DNA of 61,417 nucleotides from Bacteroidota bacterium (GCA_003045825.1 PZPA01000001.1:1-61417), one strand, 5' to 3'; positions 49,939-60,414 are shown, counted from the first letter of the stretch. Made by a program: numbers and translations. Notes: generated from the sequence alone by a model not told the origin.

Positions 49939-50946
49939 ATGTCACACGCCAAGTTTCTCACACGTTGCTTACAATTGGCCACTTATGCCAACGGGCGAAC
50001 AGCTCCTAATCCTATGGTGGGTGCTGTGATCGTTCATGACGGCGTAATTATTGGTGAAGGTTACCATCAAAAAGCTGGCGATCCGCACGCCGAAGTAATG
50101 GCAATAAATAGCGTTGAGGATAAATCTCTGCTCGCCTCAAGCACCTTATACTGCAGTTTGGAACCTTGTGCGCATTTTGGTAAAACACCGCCTTGTAGTC
50201 TCTTAATAACGAACAGTCGTATTCCCAAGGTGGTCGTGGGTTGTAGCGACAGCAACAAGCTTGTTAATGGAAAAGGGGTCGAACATTTAAAATCCCACGG
50301 CGTCGAGGTAGTATTTTCTGAATATCCAACGCTGTTCCGTCAGTTAAACCGCGTCTTTTTCTGTAATAAGGACTTGAATAGACCCTATGTAACTGCAAAA
50401 TGGGCACAGTCTTCGGACGGATACCTCGATAGAGTGCGGCAACCAGATGAAAGTGCATCCCGTATCTCCGGTCCATTGGCTTCCGTTAAATCTCACCAAT
50501 TGCGCGCATCTGTCGACGGTATCCTTATTTCTGCGAAAACTTTGAATTGGGATCGACCGTCTCTTACGACTCGTCGTTACCAAGGCACGAATCCACGTCC
50601 TATAATAGTAGTATCCTCTGCCTTGCCTCATATGGAAGCCATAGCTCAATTATCTTCCGCTCCCATATTTGTTGGAAATGTAGCTTCGCTTGATGGCGAT
50701 ACCATTGTCTGCAACCCGTATGATATCCCGGCGTGGCTTCCTCAACTCATGACTTATGGCATACATCATGTTTTGGTCGAGGGTGGTGGCCGAGTTTTAC
50801 AATCGTTTTTTGATTCAGGCTGCGTTGACGAATGGCACCGCTACACCTCTGTAAACGCCCTCAGTGAAGGAATTCCTGCCCCAACGCTAAATGCGTCTGG
50901 AGCATCCTATAAGCTAGGCATAGATCATTATGAACGCGGTGAGTGA
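49939..50946 (+). CDS. ribD: Bifunctional riboflavin biosynthesis deaminase/reductase
   Basis: CMP/dCMP deaminase motifs HAEVMAI and PCAHFGKTPPC. C-terminal reductase domain. I chose the start at the ATG at 49939, Met23 of the tracked ORF. Confidence 0.9.
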   Translation: MSHAKFLTRCLQLATYANGRTAPNPMVGAVIVHDGVIIGEGYHQKAGDPHAEVMAINSVEDKSLLASSTLYCSLEPCAHFGKTPPCSLLITNSRIPKVVVGCSDSNKLVNGKGVEHLKSHGVEVVFSEYPTLFRQLNRVFFCNKDLNRPYVTAKWAQSSDGYLDRVRQPDESASRISGPLASVKSHQLRASVDGILISAKTLNWDRPSLTTRRYQGTNPRPIIVVSSALPHMEAIAQLSSAPIFVGNVASLDGDTIVCNPYDIPAWLPQLMTYGIHHVLVEGGGRVLQSFFDSGCVDEWHRYTSVNALSEGIPAPTLNASGASYKLGIDHYERGE

Positions 50947-51553
50947 TCGATATTTCACCGTCGAAAAACCGTCTAAAGGGGTTTTCAAATCAAAGGGAAG
51001 CAAATTCTATGGCTACCTCTTTCATTGTGAGAATGAAGAAAGTTTTAAGGCCCAATTAGAATACATAAAAGCTCAAGAACCCGCCGCTCGTCATCACTGT
51101 TGGGCCTTTCGTATTCAACCCGAAGCAACTACGGAGCGGAGCTCGGACGATGGTGAACCTGCCCATACAGCAGGTACACCTATTCTTCGCGCTTTGATAA
51201 GTCATGAATTGGTCAATATTGCTTGCGTGGTGGTGCGCTATTTCGGAGGAACCAAATTAGGTGTGCCCGGATTGATCGAGGCTTATGGCGAAGCCACTGT
51301 GGATGCGATACATGCAAATAAACGTGCAGAGAAATTTTTAACGAAACAGCTCCGGCTCAGTTTTTCTTATGACCAAATGTCTTTTGTCGAGCGTATTATC
51401 AAACAATCGGACCTTTATGTGCTCGAAAGAAATCAAGGGCTATCTTTAACCTATACTGTTGAGGTATTGCAAAGTGAATACGAACAAATAAGGGACCAAT
51501 TTGAAAAGAATCATCACATTATCATTCATACTAGCGGTAATTCCGGGATTTAG
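50930..51553 (+). CDS. yigZ: YigZ/IMPACT-family protein
   Basis: KGSKFYGYLF, RHHCWAFRI and RYFGGTKLG motifs. Confidence 0.8.
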   Translation: MNAVSDRYFTVEKPSKGVFKSKGSKFYGYLFHCENEESFKAQLEYIKAQEPAARHHCWAFRIQPEATTERSSDDGEPAHTAGTPILRALISHELVNIACVVVRYFGGTKLGVPGLIEAYGEATVDAIHANKRAEKFLTKQLRLSFSYDQMSFVERIIKQSDLYVLERNQGLSLTYTVEVLQSEYEQIRDQFEKNHHIIIHTSGNSGI

Positions 51554-53072
51554 TCAAGAGCTACTATCAACGAAATTATTTTATCAAACGACCACGCCGC
51601 ATGCTACCTATGAGCGTTATGAGTATTATTTAGGCGGTCAAAAACTCCTAGAAGAGCAGCTACTGCTCGTGTATGACCAGAGCGGTGATCTACTCAAATC
51701 ACGTTCAACACTGGGTACAGTTAAAAAAGAACTTTTACCCACACAATCCGCATATCCCCTTCTATTTATAAATGATCAATGGTCGGCAGTGTTCGCAGAT
51801 ACGCTTCTTGCAGGCGCAACACACAGCGTAAGGTATCTATCCTTGGATGGATCTGTACTTTTAGAACGTGATTTAACGGCTCACTTTATTGATACCACCG
51901 TTAACGTAAGAGTCTTTAGTCCAGACCCTCTGACTCCTTACAACTTAACTTATGGTGGAGTTTACACAGACCTTAATGATGCAAATGGCGGCGTTCTAGA
52001 CTCTTTAACCATCATCGATACCCTTACCGTTGATAAAGTTGCGGATACTACGTTTCTGAGAAATGATTTTATTGAGATTGTAGATTTCGATCCGCCATAT
52101 TTCCTGCCCAGCACTTCACCTCAAGATTGGACAGGTGGCAGGTCGGCTCCTGAATTTGAGCAGGTAATGTGTGTTTATCATGTTACGGCCCTCTCTCGTT
52201 ATCTTCATACGTTGGGCTACTCTAATATAATGACGTACACTATACAGGCCGATGCACAGGCTTTAAATGGTCAAGACAACAGTATGTTTAATTTTGGCTA
52301 TTCACCACCTCGATTGTATTTCGGCGAGGGTGGCGTTGACGACGCAGAGGATGCTGATGTCATCATCCATGAATTTGGTCATGCTATTTCACATGGCGCT
52401 GCTCCTGGAACGAATCTAGGTATGCAAAGAAGGAGTTTTGACGAATCCTTTGGCGATTATCTAGCGGAGCGATATGGTAGGCGAATAGGCGTTACTAGCA
52501 CGCGCGTCTTTGATTGGGACGGCAATAATGAATTTTGGAACGGCCGGAGTGTTTCTTATGATGGTGTGAAGAACTACAACCAATTAATCTTTAGTTCCAT
52601 CTACCAACATACCGACATCATGTCAAGTGCCATGTTGGAATTCAGCGCTAATCCTAATGTAGGCGGTTCTGTGGCAGATGAGATCATTCTAGAAGGCGTT
52701 CATTCTTTAATGCCAAACCAGTCCTTTAGACAAATAGCTCAGAACTTTATCTGGGCGGATTCTTTACTCTATAACGGTGCTCATTACAATGCAATAACCT
52801 CGGCGTTCGGGTCGCCTAAAAATATACTTGCTACTAATTCAATAGCCCCATCACCAACTGAAAGAAATGGCGTGTTTATTATGCACACACCTGATGGAAA
52901 AGTGCTTAGAACAGAGGAAGGTGAGGAAGCTGTGATCACCCTTTTTAATTGGTCTGGCCAACTTCTTTGGAGTAAAACATCCCTTGGACAACTACCATTG
53001 CCTGAAGGCACCCAAGGTGTACTTCAGGTTCAATACAAAAGCGGCGATCAACATACCATCAAGACAAATTAA
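51501..53072 (+). CDS. Secreted zinc metalloprotease with a probable T9SS C-terminal sorting domain
   Basis: Signal peptide MKRIITLSFILAVIPGFSQ. HExxH as IIHEFGHAISH. The last 70 or so residues form a beta-rich tail resembling Por-secretion C-terminal domains. Confidence 0.65.
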   Translation: MKRIITLSFILAVIPGFSQELLSTKLFYQTTTPHATYERYEYYLGGQKLLEEQLLLVYDQSGDLLKSRSTLGTVKKELLPTQSAYPLLFINDQWSAVFADTLLAGATHSVRYLSLDGSVLLERDLTAHFIDTTVNVRVFSPDPLTPYNLTYGGVYTDLNDANGGVLDSLTIIDTLTVDKVADTTFLRNDFIEIVDFDPPYFLPSTSPQDWTGGRSAPEFEQVMCVYHVTALSRYLHTLGYSNIMTYTIQADAQALNGQDNSMFNFGYSPPRLYFGEGGVDDAEDADVIIHEFGHAISHGAAPGTNLGMQRRSFDESFGDYLAERYGRRIGVTSTRVFDWDGNNEFWNGRSVSYDGVKNYNQLIFSSIYQHTDIMSSAMLEFSANPNVGGSVADEIILEGVHSLMPNQSFRQIAQNFIWADSLLYNGAHYNAITSAFGSPKNILATNSIAPSPTERNGVFIMHTPDGKVLRTEEGEEAVITLFNWSGQLLWSKTSLGQLPLPEGTQGVLQVQYKSGDQHTIKTN

Positions 53073-53475
53073 CAAATAGCGTTGCCAGTTCTTCCGGACA
53101 ACTCTTTGGCTTGAACGTATTTTTGTCGACAAATACGAGCACTACTTTTCCTGAAACCATTGTGTTGCCTTCAGTATCCCGAAGCGTGTGGTAAAATGAT
53201 ATCTTACGCGTTGGACGGTCGATAATAGATGTTTCTAAAATAACTTCTTCGTCATACTTCGCACCGCGTTTAAAATCGATACTCATGTGGACCACTGGAA
53301 GCATTGTTCCATTCTTTTCTAGTTGCGCATAAGAAAGGCCAAGCTTTCGAAGCAATTCCACTCTGCCAACTTCAAAATAGGCAGCATAGTTTCCATAATA
53401 TACAACACCCATTTGATCGGTTTCTGAGTACCTTGGGCGGAAGCTGTGGGTATCTCTAATTCGTGCATCTTTCAT
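53059..53475 (-). CDS. Acyl-CoA thioesterase, 4HBT/YbgC family
   Basis: RPRYSETDQMGVVYYGNYAAYFEVGR hot-dog motif. I chose the start at the ATG at 53475; the tracked ORF starts at TTG 53496. Confidence 0.8.
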   Translation of the reverse strand: MKDARIRDTHSFRPRYSETDQMGVVYYGNYAAYFEVGRVELLRKLGLSYAQLEKNGTMLPVVHMSIDFKRGAKYDEEVILETSIIDRPTRKISFYHTLRDTEGNTMVSGKVVLVFVDKNTFKPKSCPEELATLFVNLS

Positions 53476-53515
53476 AAAATCTAATTTAGCATCCAATGGG
53501 TTGGTATTTATATGT

Positions 53516-53729
53516 GTTCAATGTTCAATCCTGAGATTTTTGAACAATCCATAATAGGCATGGTAATTTATACTCAAAAAATTTGGGACTTTATACTAAG
53601 TGCTGATTTACAACAAGTTACACATTCCCTTAAGCAAATCTTTTTATTAACACAATAGCAAATAAATTTTTTTCATTCAGATTTTATGAACACATTTGTT
53701 ATGCAGTCAACGAGATGCATTTATCCATC
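53516..53729. promoter_or_regulatory. dnaA upstream region with degenerate DnaA-box-like repeats, an inverted TGTTCAA repeat and an AT-rich tract (dnaA autoregulation and/or oriC candidate)
   Basis: TGTTCAA is tandem at 53516-53529, with its inverted copy TTGAACA at 53540-53546. Same-orientation TTAT-type 9-mers: TTATACTCA 53568, TTATACTAA 53591, TTATTAACA 53644, TTATGAACA 53684, TTATCCATC 53721. Confidence 0.4.
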
Positions 53730-53809
53730 GATTGCCGCCCGAAAAGTTTACTAATACACACAACACCACTTCAGGTTTGAACAGCCTTGAGGTAAGAGAA
53801 TTTTTGACC

Positions 53810-55243
53810 ATGGAGAAAAGCGTTAATGATGTCTGGAAAGAAGCTTTACAATTTATCCAAGACAACGTTGATGACCAGTGTTTTAATACCTGGTTCGAAC
53901 CTATAAAACCAGTAAAACTCCAAGTAAACATTATAACTGTTCAAGTACCCTCTAAATTCTTTTATGAATATTTAGAAGAACACTACATCCAGTTGCTAAA
54001 AGCCGCCATCACCAAATCCATAGGACAAGATGCTAAATTAGTATACAGCATTGTTCTTGAAAATGCCTACGGTAATGCGAAAGCTCCTACAATGAATGTA
54101 CCGAGCAGTGGTCGTAAAAAGCATCCACGTCAAAGCGTGAACATGCCAATGAAGATTGGGAACGACAAGGAAATAAAAAACCCTTTTGTTATCCCTGGTC
54201 TACAGAAGCTCAATATTGATTCGCAACTAAACCCGAACTACAGCTTCGACAACTTTATAGAGGGGGATTGCAATAGACTGGCAAGATCTGCAGGGTATGC
54301 CGTGAGTAAAAATCCTGGAGGAACCTCATTTAACCCATTAATGCTTTATGGTGGTGTGGGTTTAGGTAAAACACATTTAGCTCATGCTATTGGCGTCGAG
54401 ATCAAAGACAACTACCCTGAAAAAACAGTGCTGTATGTGAGCGCTGAAAAATTCACACAGCAATTTATCGATAGTATTCGAAACAATACGAAAAACGACT
54501 TCGTCCACTTTTATCAAATGATTGACGTTTTGGTTATTGATGATGTTCAAAGTTTCTCCGGTAAGGAAAAAACACAAGATGTGTTCTTTGAAATTTTCAA
54601 CCATTTACATCAAAACGGTAAGCAAATCATTTTAACATCAGATCGAGCTCCAGTAGAGCTTCAAGGAATGGAGCAACGTTTGTTAAGCCGTTTCAAATGG
54701 GGATTAAGCGCTGATCTTCAAAAGCCAGGTTTAGAAACTCGTGTGGCTATTTTAGGGAAAAAGCTGTACAACGATGGCATTGAAATTGAACTCGATATTG
54801 TTGAATTCATTGCTTACTCAATAAATTCTAACATCAGAGAATTAGAAGGAGCATTGATAAGTATACTAGCACAGAGTAGCTTGAACAAGAAGCAGATTAC
54901 CATGGAATTAGTTAAATCTATGGTCGATAAATTCGTTAAGAGCACTACTCGTGAAATATCTATTGATTTTATTCAAAAGGTCGTGTGCGACTATTTCGAT
55001 ATGCCACTAGAATTATTGAAATCAAAAACTCGAAAACGAGAAATCGTTCAGGCCAGACAGTTGAGTATGTATTTTTCAAAGCAACTCACTAAAAATAGTC
55101 TTGCGAGCATAGGGCAGCAATGTGGAAATAAAGACCATGCTACTGTGCTCCATGCCTGTAGAACTGTAAATAATCTTAAAGAAACGGATAAGCGTTTCCG
55201 CACGTATGTCGATGACCTGCAAAAACGCTTAACACTCGCATAA
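53810..55243 (+). CDS. dnaA: Chromosomal replication initiator protein DnaA
   Basis: Walker A GGVGLGKTHL, sensor motifs, and the domain IV helix-turn-helix (RQLSMYFSKQLT...GNKDHATVLHA). I chose the start at the ATG at 53810; the tracked ORF starts at TTG 53696. Confidence 0.95.
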   Translation: MEKSVNDVWKEALQFIQDNVDDQCFNTWFEPIKPVKLQVNIITVQVPSKFFYEYLEEHYIQLLKAAITKSIGQDAKLVYSIVLENAYGNAKAPTMNVPSSGRKKHPRQSVNMPMKIGNDKEIKNPFVIPGLQKLNIDSQLNPNYSFDNFIEGDCNRLARSAGYAVSKNPGGTSFNPLMLYGGVGLGKTHLAHAIGVEIKDNYPEKTVLYVSAEKFTQQFIDSIRNNTKNDFVHFYQMIDVLVIDDVQSFSGKEKTQDVFFEIFNHLHQNGKQIILTSDRAPVELQGMEQRLLSRFKWGLSADLQKPGLETRVAILGKKLYNDGIEIELDIVEFIAYSINSNIRELEGALISILAQSSLNKKQITMELVKSMVDKFVKSTTREISIDFIQKVVCDYFDMPLELLKSKTRKREIVQARQLSMYFSKQLTKNSLASIGQQCGNKDHATVLHACRTVNNLKETDKRFRTYVDDLQKRLTLA

Positions 55244-55267
55244 AAAACAGTTTAACGAATGTTTTAG

Positions 55268-55296
55268 AGTCAGTATCTTAGGGTACTGACTTTTTT
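55268..55296 (+). terminator. Rho-independent terminator of dnaA
   Basis: AGTCAGTA (55268-55275) pairs with TACTGACT (55284-55291), an 8-bp perfect stem, followed by TTTTT. Confidence 0.75.
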
Positions 55297-55300
55297 ATTT

Positions 55301-55744
55301 ATGAAAATACTCATGGTTTGTTTAGGCAATATTTGCCGCTCTCCTCTCGCACAAGGTATTATGGAACTGCACGCTCCTGCGGATTGGCGTATAGATTCAG
55401 CGGGGACATCTGGGTGGCATGAAGATGAACGACCAGATACAAGAAGTATTTTAATAGCAAAAGAACGCGGTATTGCAATTGATCACCAACGTTCAAGACA
55501 AGTGAATGAGGAAGATTTCGAGACCTTCGATATTATTTTTGCCATGGATAGCTCTAATTATACGAATCTCATCCGATTGGCACCTAATGAGGCGGCAAAA
55601 GCTAAGGTGCGACTTATTCTAAATGAAGCCTATCCGGGAGAAAATCGCCAAGTTCCCGATCCTTATACTGGGGGGCAGAGTGGATTTAGGCATGTATATG
55701 AGCTTCTTGAAGAAGCTGTTCAATCCTTTATTAAAAAGTACTAA
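55301..55744 (+). CDS. Low-molecular-weight protein-tyrosine phosphatase
   Basis: P-loop CLGNICRSP and a DP motif near the C-terminus (VPDPY). Confidence 0.88.
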   Translation: MKILMVCLGNICRSPLAQGIMELHAPADWRIDSAGTSGWHEDERPDTRSILIAKERGIAIDHQRSRQVNEEDFETFDIIFAMDSSNYTNLIRLAPNEAAKAKVRLILNEAYPGENRQVPDPYTGGQSGFRHVYELLEEAVQSFIKKY

Positions 55745-56439
55745 TGGCTGCTATATACCTATTGCCTAATACGTTAGGTCAAGATAATTTTGACTATATC
55801 ATACCAAAGGATGTCGTAAATATCATAGATAGTCTTACTTACTTCATTGTGGAAAATGAAAAAACGGCCAGGGCTTACATTAAGCATTTGTTACCCGAAA
55901 AGAACCAGCGTGAGTTAAGACTTGAAATTCTAGACAAGCAGACTGATCCACTTGACCTACCCTACTTTTTAGATCCTATTAAAAAAGGACATTCCATAGG
56001 GGTTTTATCAGAAGCAGGAGTGCCTTGTGTGGCGGATCCAGGTGCGTCTATCGTTAGTATAGCGCACCGCAAAGGAATTGAAGTCCGTCCATGCGTCGGA
56101 CCATCTTCTATCCTCTTGGCTTTAATGGCGAGCGGTTTTAATGGGCAGCAATTTACATTTCGCGGTTATTTACCGCATGATAAACCTATTCGAAAGAGAG
56201 TTTTTCAGGCGATGCAAAAGGACATACGAGATGGAATCACTCAAATCTTTATGGAGACGCCCTACCGCAACGGAAAATTGATGGAAGAATTGGTTGCCAA
56301 CCTGCATCCAGAGACGAAGCTTTGTATTGCTGTAGATATTACTTTAGATACAGAGAAGATTAAAACTCAAACGGTAGCACAATGGCGTTTAGATGTTCCA
56401 GAATTACATAAACGACCAGCTATATTTTTGATAGACTAA
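55744..56439 (+). CDS. SAM-dependent methyltransferase of the tetrapyrrole-methylase (RsmI-like) superfamily
   Basis: GVLSEAGVPCVADPG and GPSS motifs, typical of the RsmI/YraL-like fold. Confidence 0.65.
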   Translation: MAAIYLLPNTLGQDNFDYIIPKDVVNIIDSLTYFIVENEKTARAYIKHLLPEKNQRELRLEILDKQTDPLDLPYFLDPIKKGHSIGVLSEAGVPCVADPGASIVSIAHRKGIEVRPCVGPSSILLALMASGFNGQQFTFRGYLPHDKPIRKRVFQAMQKDIRDGITQIFMETPYRNGKLMEELVANLHPETKLCIAVDITLDTEKIKTQTVAQWRLDVPELHKRPAIFLID

Positions 56440-56445
56440 GTCAAC

Positions 56446-58662
56446 ATGACCGCCAACGAGGATAAGGATAGCGAACTAGTAGAAGGTGCATTCAAAGATC
56501 TGTTAAACAGTATTGAATATAAAACCGACGCAGCTGATCAAAAAATGATACAGCGTGCTTTCTCATTGGCGAAAGATGCACACAAGGGAGTGCGTCGTAA
56601 AAGTGGAGAACCCTACATCACCCACCCTATATCCGTAGCGCAGATCGTTGCAACAGAAATTGGTCTAGGGCCTACTAGTATTGCAACGGCATTAATGCAT
56701 GATGTTGTAGAAGATTCGGATTATACCTTGGTAGACATCGAGAACATGTTTAATCCGAACATTTCGAAACTTATTGATGGATTGACCAAGATATCCGGTG
56801 TGGTGAGCATGGAGAGTAGTATGCAGTTGGAAAACTACAGAAAGATGCTCCTCACCATCTCAGACGACGTTCGAGTAATTCTCATTAAGCTTGCAGACCG
56901 ATTGCACAACATGCGTACCATGTCCGACATGCCTTCGCACAAACAATTGAAAATAGCCTCTGAAACGCTATTTATTTACGCGCCTCTAGCGCACCGATTG
57001 GGGTTGTTTAGCATTAAAACAGAATTGGAAGACATTTCCCTAAAGTATACGGAGCCTGAGGTATTTGATGATATCTACAGTCGTATGGAAGCGCTTCAAA
57101 GGAAAGATTTTGAGTATTTGAATAAGTTCGAACGCAAGGTTTCTGAAGAGTTGTCGCAAGCAGACCTAACCTTTGAAGTAAGAAAGCGTACAAAAAGCAT
57201 CTATTCTATTCGTAGAAAGATGAAGAACCAAAACGTCAGTTTTAATGAAGTCTATGACAAGTATGCCATACGAATCATACTTGAAGCGGATAAAGAGCGA
57301 GAGAAAGCAATTTGTTGGCAGGCCTACTCCATTATTACAGAAAATTTCAACCCTAACCCTGCTCGTTTGCGCGACTGGATAAGTTCACCAAAGAGTAACG
57401 GCTATGAATCGTTACACACCACGGTGATGGGGCCTGACGGTCATTGGGTTGAAGTGCAGATTAGGACAAGGCGCATGGACGATATTGCTGAAAATGGATT
57501 TGCAGCACATTGGAAGTACAAGGAGGATAGTTCAGGAAGTAACCAATTGGATCGTTGGCTCCTTCGTATCAGAGAATTTTTAGATGATCCGGAGAACGAT
57601 AGCGAAGACTTCATCGATAGTTTCAAGATGAACCTATTCTCTTCCGAAATATTTGTCTTTACTCCTAAAGGAGAAATGCTTACCCTACCCAAGGGTGCTA
57701 CGGCCTTAGATTTTGCCTTTGATATACACACAGAGGTAGGTGCACATTGCTTGGGAACGAAGGTGAACGGTAAACTGATTCCTTTGAGCACACCTTTAAA
57801 ATCAGGTGACCAAATAGAAGTGCTGACTTCTGTGAAGCAGGAACCAAAAGAAGATTGGTTAAGTTTCGTAAAAACCGGAAAGGCAAAGCAGCGCATCAAA
57901 CAAAGTCTAAAGAAAGAAAAACAGCTTATTACTGGTCAGGGTCAATTTATACTGGAACGCAAGTTGAAGGTGCTCAAATTGAAGGCAACGCACAGTAACA
58001 TCCACAAATTGGTCAATTTCTTTGGCTTAAAAAACCCTGAGGAGCTCTACTATAAAGTAGGACTTGGTGTGATTGACAACGGAAAACTACGCGAGTATGC
58101 CCGAGAAACCTCTGGACTTGTTAACTACTTCAAGCAACGAATAGTAAGAAGCAATTATGCAAAGACCAAACTAGGGGATAAATCCAAGAAGCAGCAAACT
58201 GATCATCTGTTATTGGTTTTTGATACGGACGAACATGAAATGGACTATACCCTAGCAAAGTGTTGTAATCCGCTTCCGGGTGATAGAGTTTTTGGTTTTG
58301 TAACCACAGCAGATGGATTGAAGGTACATCGTGACGATTGTCCTAATGCGGTATTGTTACAAAGTAGATTTGCGAATAGAACACTCAAAGCAAAATGGGT
58401 CGACCGGAAAGGCGCTTTTTCGACCATCAATTTGCTTATTAAAGGAATGGATAGAATAGGTATCGTGAATGACGTAACGAAAGTGGTATCGAACGAACTA
58501 AGTATCAATATTAAAGCGATTGCTTTTAGCGTAGACGACGGGTTATTCACAGGTAAGTTGACCATTGAAGTGGCGGATAAATTGGGCTTAACTGATACTA
58601 TTAACAATATCAAGAATTTAGAGGGCATTAGTAGTGTTACTCGTGTAGGTAAATTCAATTGA
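56446..58662 (+). CDS. relA: Bifunctional (p)ppGpp synthetase/hydrolase (RelA/SpoT homolog)
   Basis: HD hydrolase motif HDVVEDS. Synthetase motif [12 protein letters not shown]...YESLHT. TGS and C-terminal ACT domains. Confidence 0.95.
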   Translation: MTANEDKDSELVEGAFKDLLNSIEYKTDAADQKMIQRAFSLAKDAHKGVRRKSGEPYITHPISVAQIVATEIGLGPTSIATALMHDVVEDSDYTLVDIENMFNPNISKLIDGLTKISGVVSMESSMQLENYRKMLLTISDDVRVILIKLADRLHNMRTMSDMPSHKQLKIASETLFIYAPLAHRLGLFSIKTELEDISLKYTEPEVFDDIYSRMEALQRKDFEYLNKFERKVSEELSQADLTFEVRKRTKSIYSIRRKMKNQNVSFNEVYDKYAIRIILEADKEREKAICWQAYSIITENFNPNPARLRDWISSPKSNGYESLHTTVMGPDGHWVEVQIRTRRMDDIAENGFAAHWKYKEDSSGSNQLDRWLLRIREFLDDPENDSEDFIDSFKMNLFSSEIFVFTPKGEMLTLPKGATALDFAFDIHTEVGAHCLGTKVNGKLIPLSTPLKSGDQIEVLTSVKQEPKEDWLSFVKTGKAKQRIKQSLKKEKQLITGQGQFILERKLKVLKLKATHSNIHKLVNFFGLKNPEELYYKVGLGVIDNGKLREYARETSGLVNYFKQRIVRSNYAKTKLGDKSKKQQTDHLLLVFDTDEHEMDYTLAKCCNPLPGDRVFGFVTTADGLKVHRDDCPNAVLLQSRFANRTLKAKWVDRKGAFSTINLLIKGMDRIGIVNDVTKVVSNELSINIKAIAFSVDDGLFTGKLTIEVADKLGLTDTINNIKNLEGISSVTRVGKFN

Positions 58663-58690
58663 TACGACGTATTTTAGCGTTTTACTTCTC

Positions 58691-59140
58691 ATGAGTACAC
58701 AAGAAGCATACAATAAGGTTAAAGACGTATTTGGCCGCTATTTGGAAGAGCATAACCAACGCAAGACTCCAGAGCGGTTTGCGATATTAAAAGAGGTCTA
58801 TGAAAATGAAGACCACTTTGATGTTGAAACCCTGTATCTAAGCATGAAGGATAAGAATTACCGGGTTTCAAGAGCGACGCTTTACAACACAATAGAATTG
58901 CTTTTGACTTGCGGTTTGGTTCGTAAGCACCAGTTTGGTCAAAATCAAAGTTTTTATGAGAAGTCCTATTTCAACAAGCAACACGATCATGTCATATTGA
59001 CGGATACTGGAGAGGTATTCGAATTTTGTGATCCGCGTATTCAAAACATTAAACAAACAATCGAAGAAATTTTTGGTGTAGAAGTAGAAAGCCACAGCCT
59101 TTACTTCTATGCGAAAAGAAAAGAGTCGAGCAACAATTAG
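58691..59140 (+). CDS. fur: Fur-family transcriptional regulator (Cys-poor variant)
   Basis: Winged-helix region [13 protein letters not shown]...[12 protein letters not shown] and the metal-site segment QHDHVIL. Both CxxC pairs typical of many Fur proteins are absent. Confidence 0.75.
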   Translation: MSTQEAYNKVKDVFGRYLEEHNQRKTPERFAILKEVYENEDHFDVETLYLSMKDKNYRVSRATLYNTIELLLTCGLVRKHQFGQNQSFYEKSYFNKQHDHVILTDTGEVFEFCDPRIQNIKQTIEEIFGVEVESHSLYFYAKRKESSNN

Positions 59141-59142
59141 TT

Positions 59143-60414
59143 ATGGCAGTAGATGTGCTTTTAGGTCTCCAATGGGGCGATGAAGGAAAAGGTAAAATAG
59201 TCGATGTATTAACGCGTAAGTACGATATCATCGCACGCTTTCAAGGTGGACCTAATGCCGGTCACACTCTTGAATTTGAAGGCAAAAAGCATGTATTGCA
59301 TACCATACCTTCTGGTGTGTTTCACGAAAGTGTAATGAATGTCGTAGGAAATGGTGTGGTCATCGATCCTGTTATTTTTAAAGTGGAGTTGGACAAACTG
59401 ATCGATCAAGAGCCACATGTGTTAAGTCGGTTGAAAATTAGCCGGAAGGCGCACTTGATTTTACCAACACATCGATTACTAGATGCCGCTAGTGAAGCCG
59501 CTAAGGGCAAGAAGAAAATTGGTTCCACTTTAAAAGGAATTGGTCCGACGTATATGGACAAAACGGGTCGTAACGGTTTGCGAGTTGGCGATATACAATT
59601 GGACAATTTCGACGAATTATATAGTGCGTTAGTAGACAAGCATAAGCAGCTACTTGCTGGTTATGAAGGGTTTGAGTATGATCTAGAAGCCCTTGAGCCT
59701 AACTGGTTTGCTGCGATCAATTACTTACGTACGTTAGACATTATTGATAGTGAGCCCTATTTTCACGATGCTATTGCTGAGGGTCGTACTATTCTTGCCG
59801 AAGGTGCTCAAGGCACGTTGTTAGATATAGATTTTGGGACCTATCCATTTGTAACGTCATCTAATACAACTTGTGCTGGTGCTTGTACAGGTATGGGTAT
59901 TGCGCCAAATAATATCAAAAACGTTTACGGAATTTTTAAGGCGTATTGCACTCGTGTTGGCTCGGGGCCCTTCCCTACAGAATTAGCGGATGAAGTAGGT
60001 GCTACCATCCAAGCTAATGGTCACGAATTTGGTGCAACCACTGGTCGCCCAAGAAGATGTGGCTGGTTAGATCTACCTGCTTTGAAATACGCAATCAACA
60101 TTAACGGCGTTACTGAATTAATGATGATGAAAGGAGATGTCTTGAGTGGTGTTGGCAACATAAAGATTTGTACTGCCTATAAGTACAAAGGAGAAGTCGT
60201 AAAGCATTTACCATACAAACTTCAAGAAGATCTTATCGAACCTATATTCAAAGAGCTTCCTGGATGGGATGAGGATTTGATGCAAATGACTGATGAAGAG
60301 TCGTTCCCACAGAGTTTCAAGGACTACATCGCCTTTATTGAGGCAGAAGTTGGCGTACCAATAACGCTCGTTAGCGTTGGACCGGATCGCGCTCAAACCA
60401 TATTAAGAGACTAA
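59143..60414 (+). CDS. purA: Adenylosuccinate synthase
   Basis: QWGDEGKGK P-loop, GPNAGHT, TTGRPRRCGW. Confidence 0.96.
   Translation: MAVDVLLGLQWGDEGKGKIVDVLTRKYDIIARFQGGPNAGHTLEFEGKKHVLHTIPSGVFHESVMNVVGNGVVIDPVIFKVELDKLIDQEPHVLSRLKISRKAHLILPTHRLLDAASEAAKGKKKIGSTLKGIGPTYMDKTGRNGLRVGDIQLDNFDELYSALVDKHKQLLAGYEGFEYDLEALEPNWFAAINYLRTLDIIDSEPYFHDAIAEGRTILAEGAQGTLLDIDFGTYPFVTSSNTTCAGACTGMGIAPNNIKNVYGIFKAYCTRVGSGPFPTELADEVGATIQANGHEFGATTGRPRRCGWLDLPALKYAININGVTELMMMKGDVLSGVGNIKICTAYKYKGEVVKHLPYKLQEDLIEPIFKELPGWDEDLMQMTDEESFPQSFKDYIAFIEAEVGVPITLVSVGPDRAQTILRD

Noticed and set aside
53696-53809. An N-terminal extension of the dnaA ORF from TTG 53696. Analogous extensions occur for ssb (3211-3267), folE (31028-31075), prfC (35878-35907), prmC (49900-49926), ribD (49873-49938), the ECF sigma gene (34812-34850) and the thioesterase gene (53476-53496).
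   Set aside because: The extensions have non-protein-like sequence or overlap neighbouring genes and promoters. Internal ATG codons give N-termini that match the usual family starts. I used the shorter coordinates, but start sites remain unverified.
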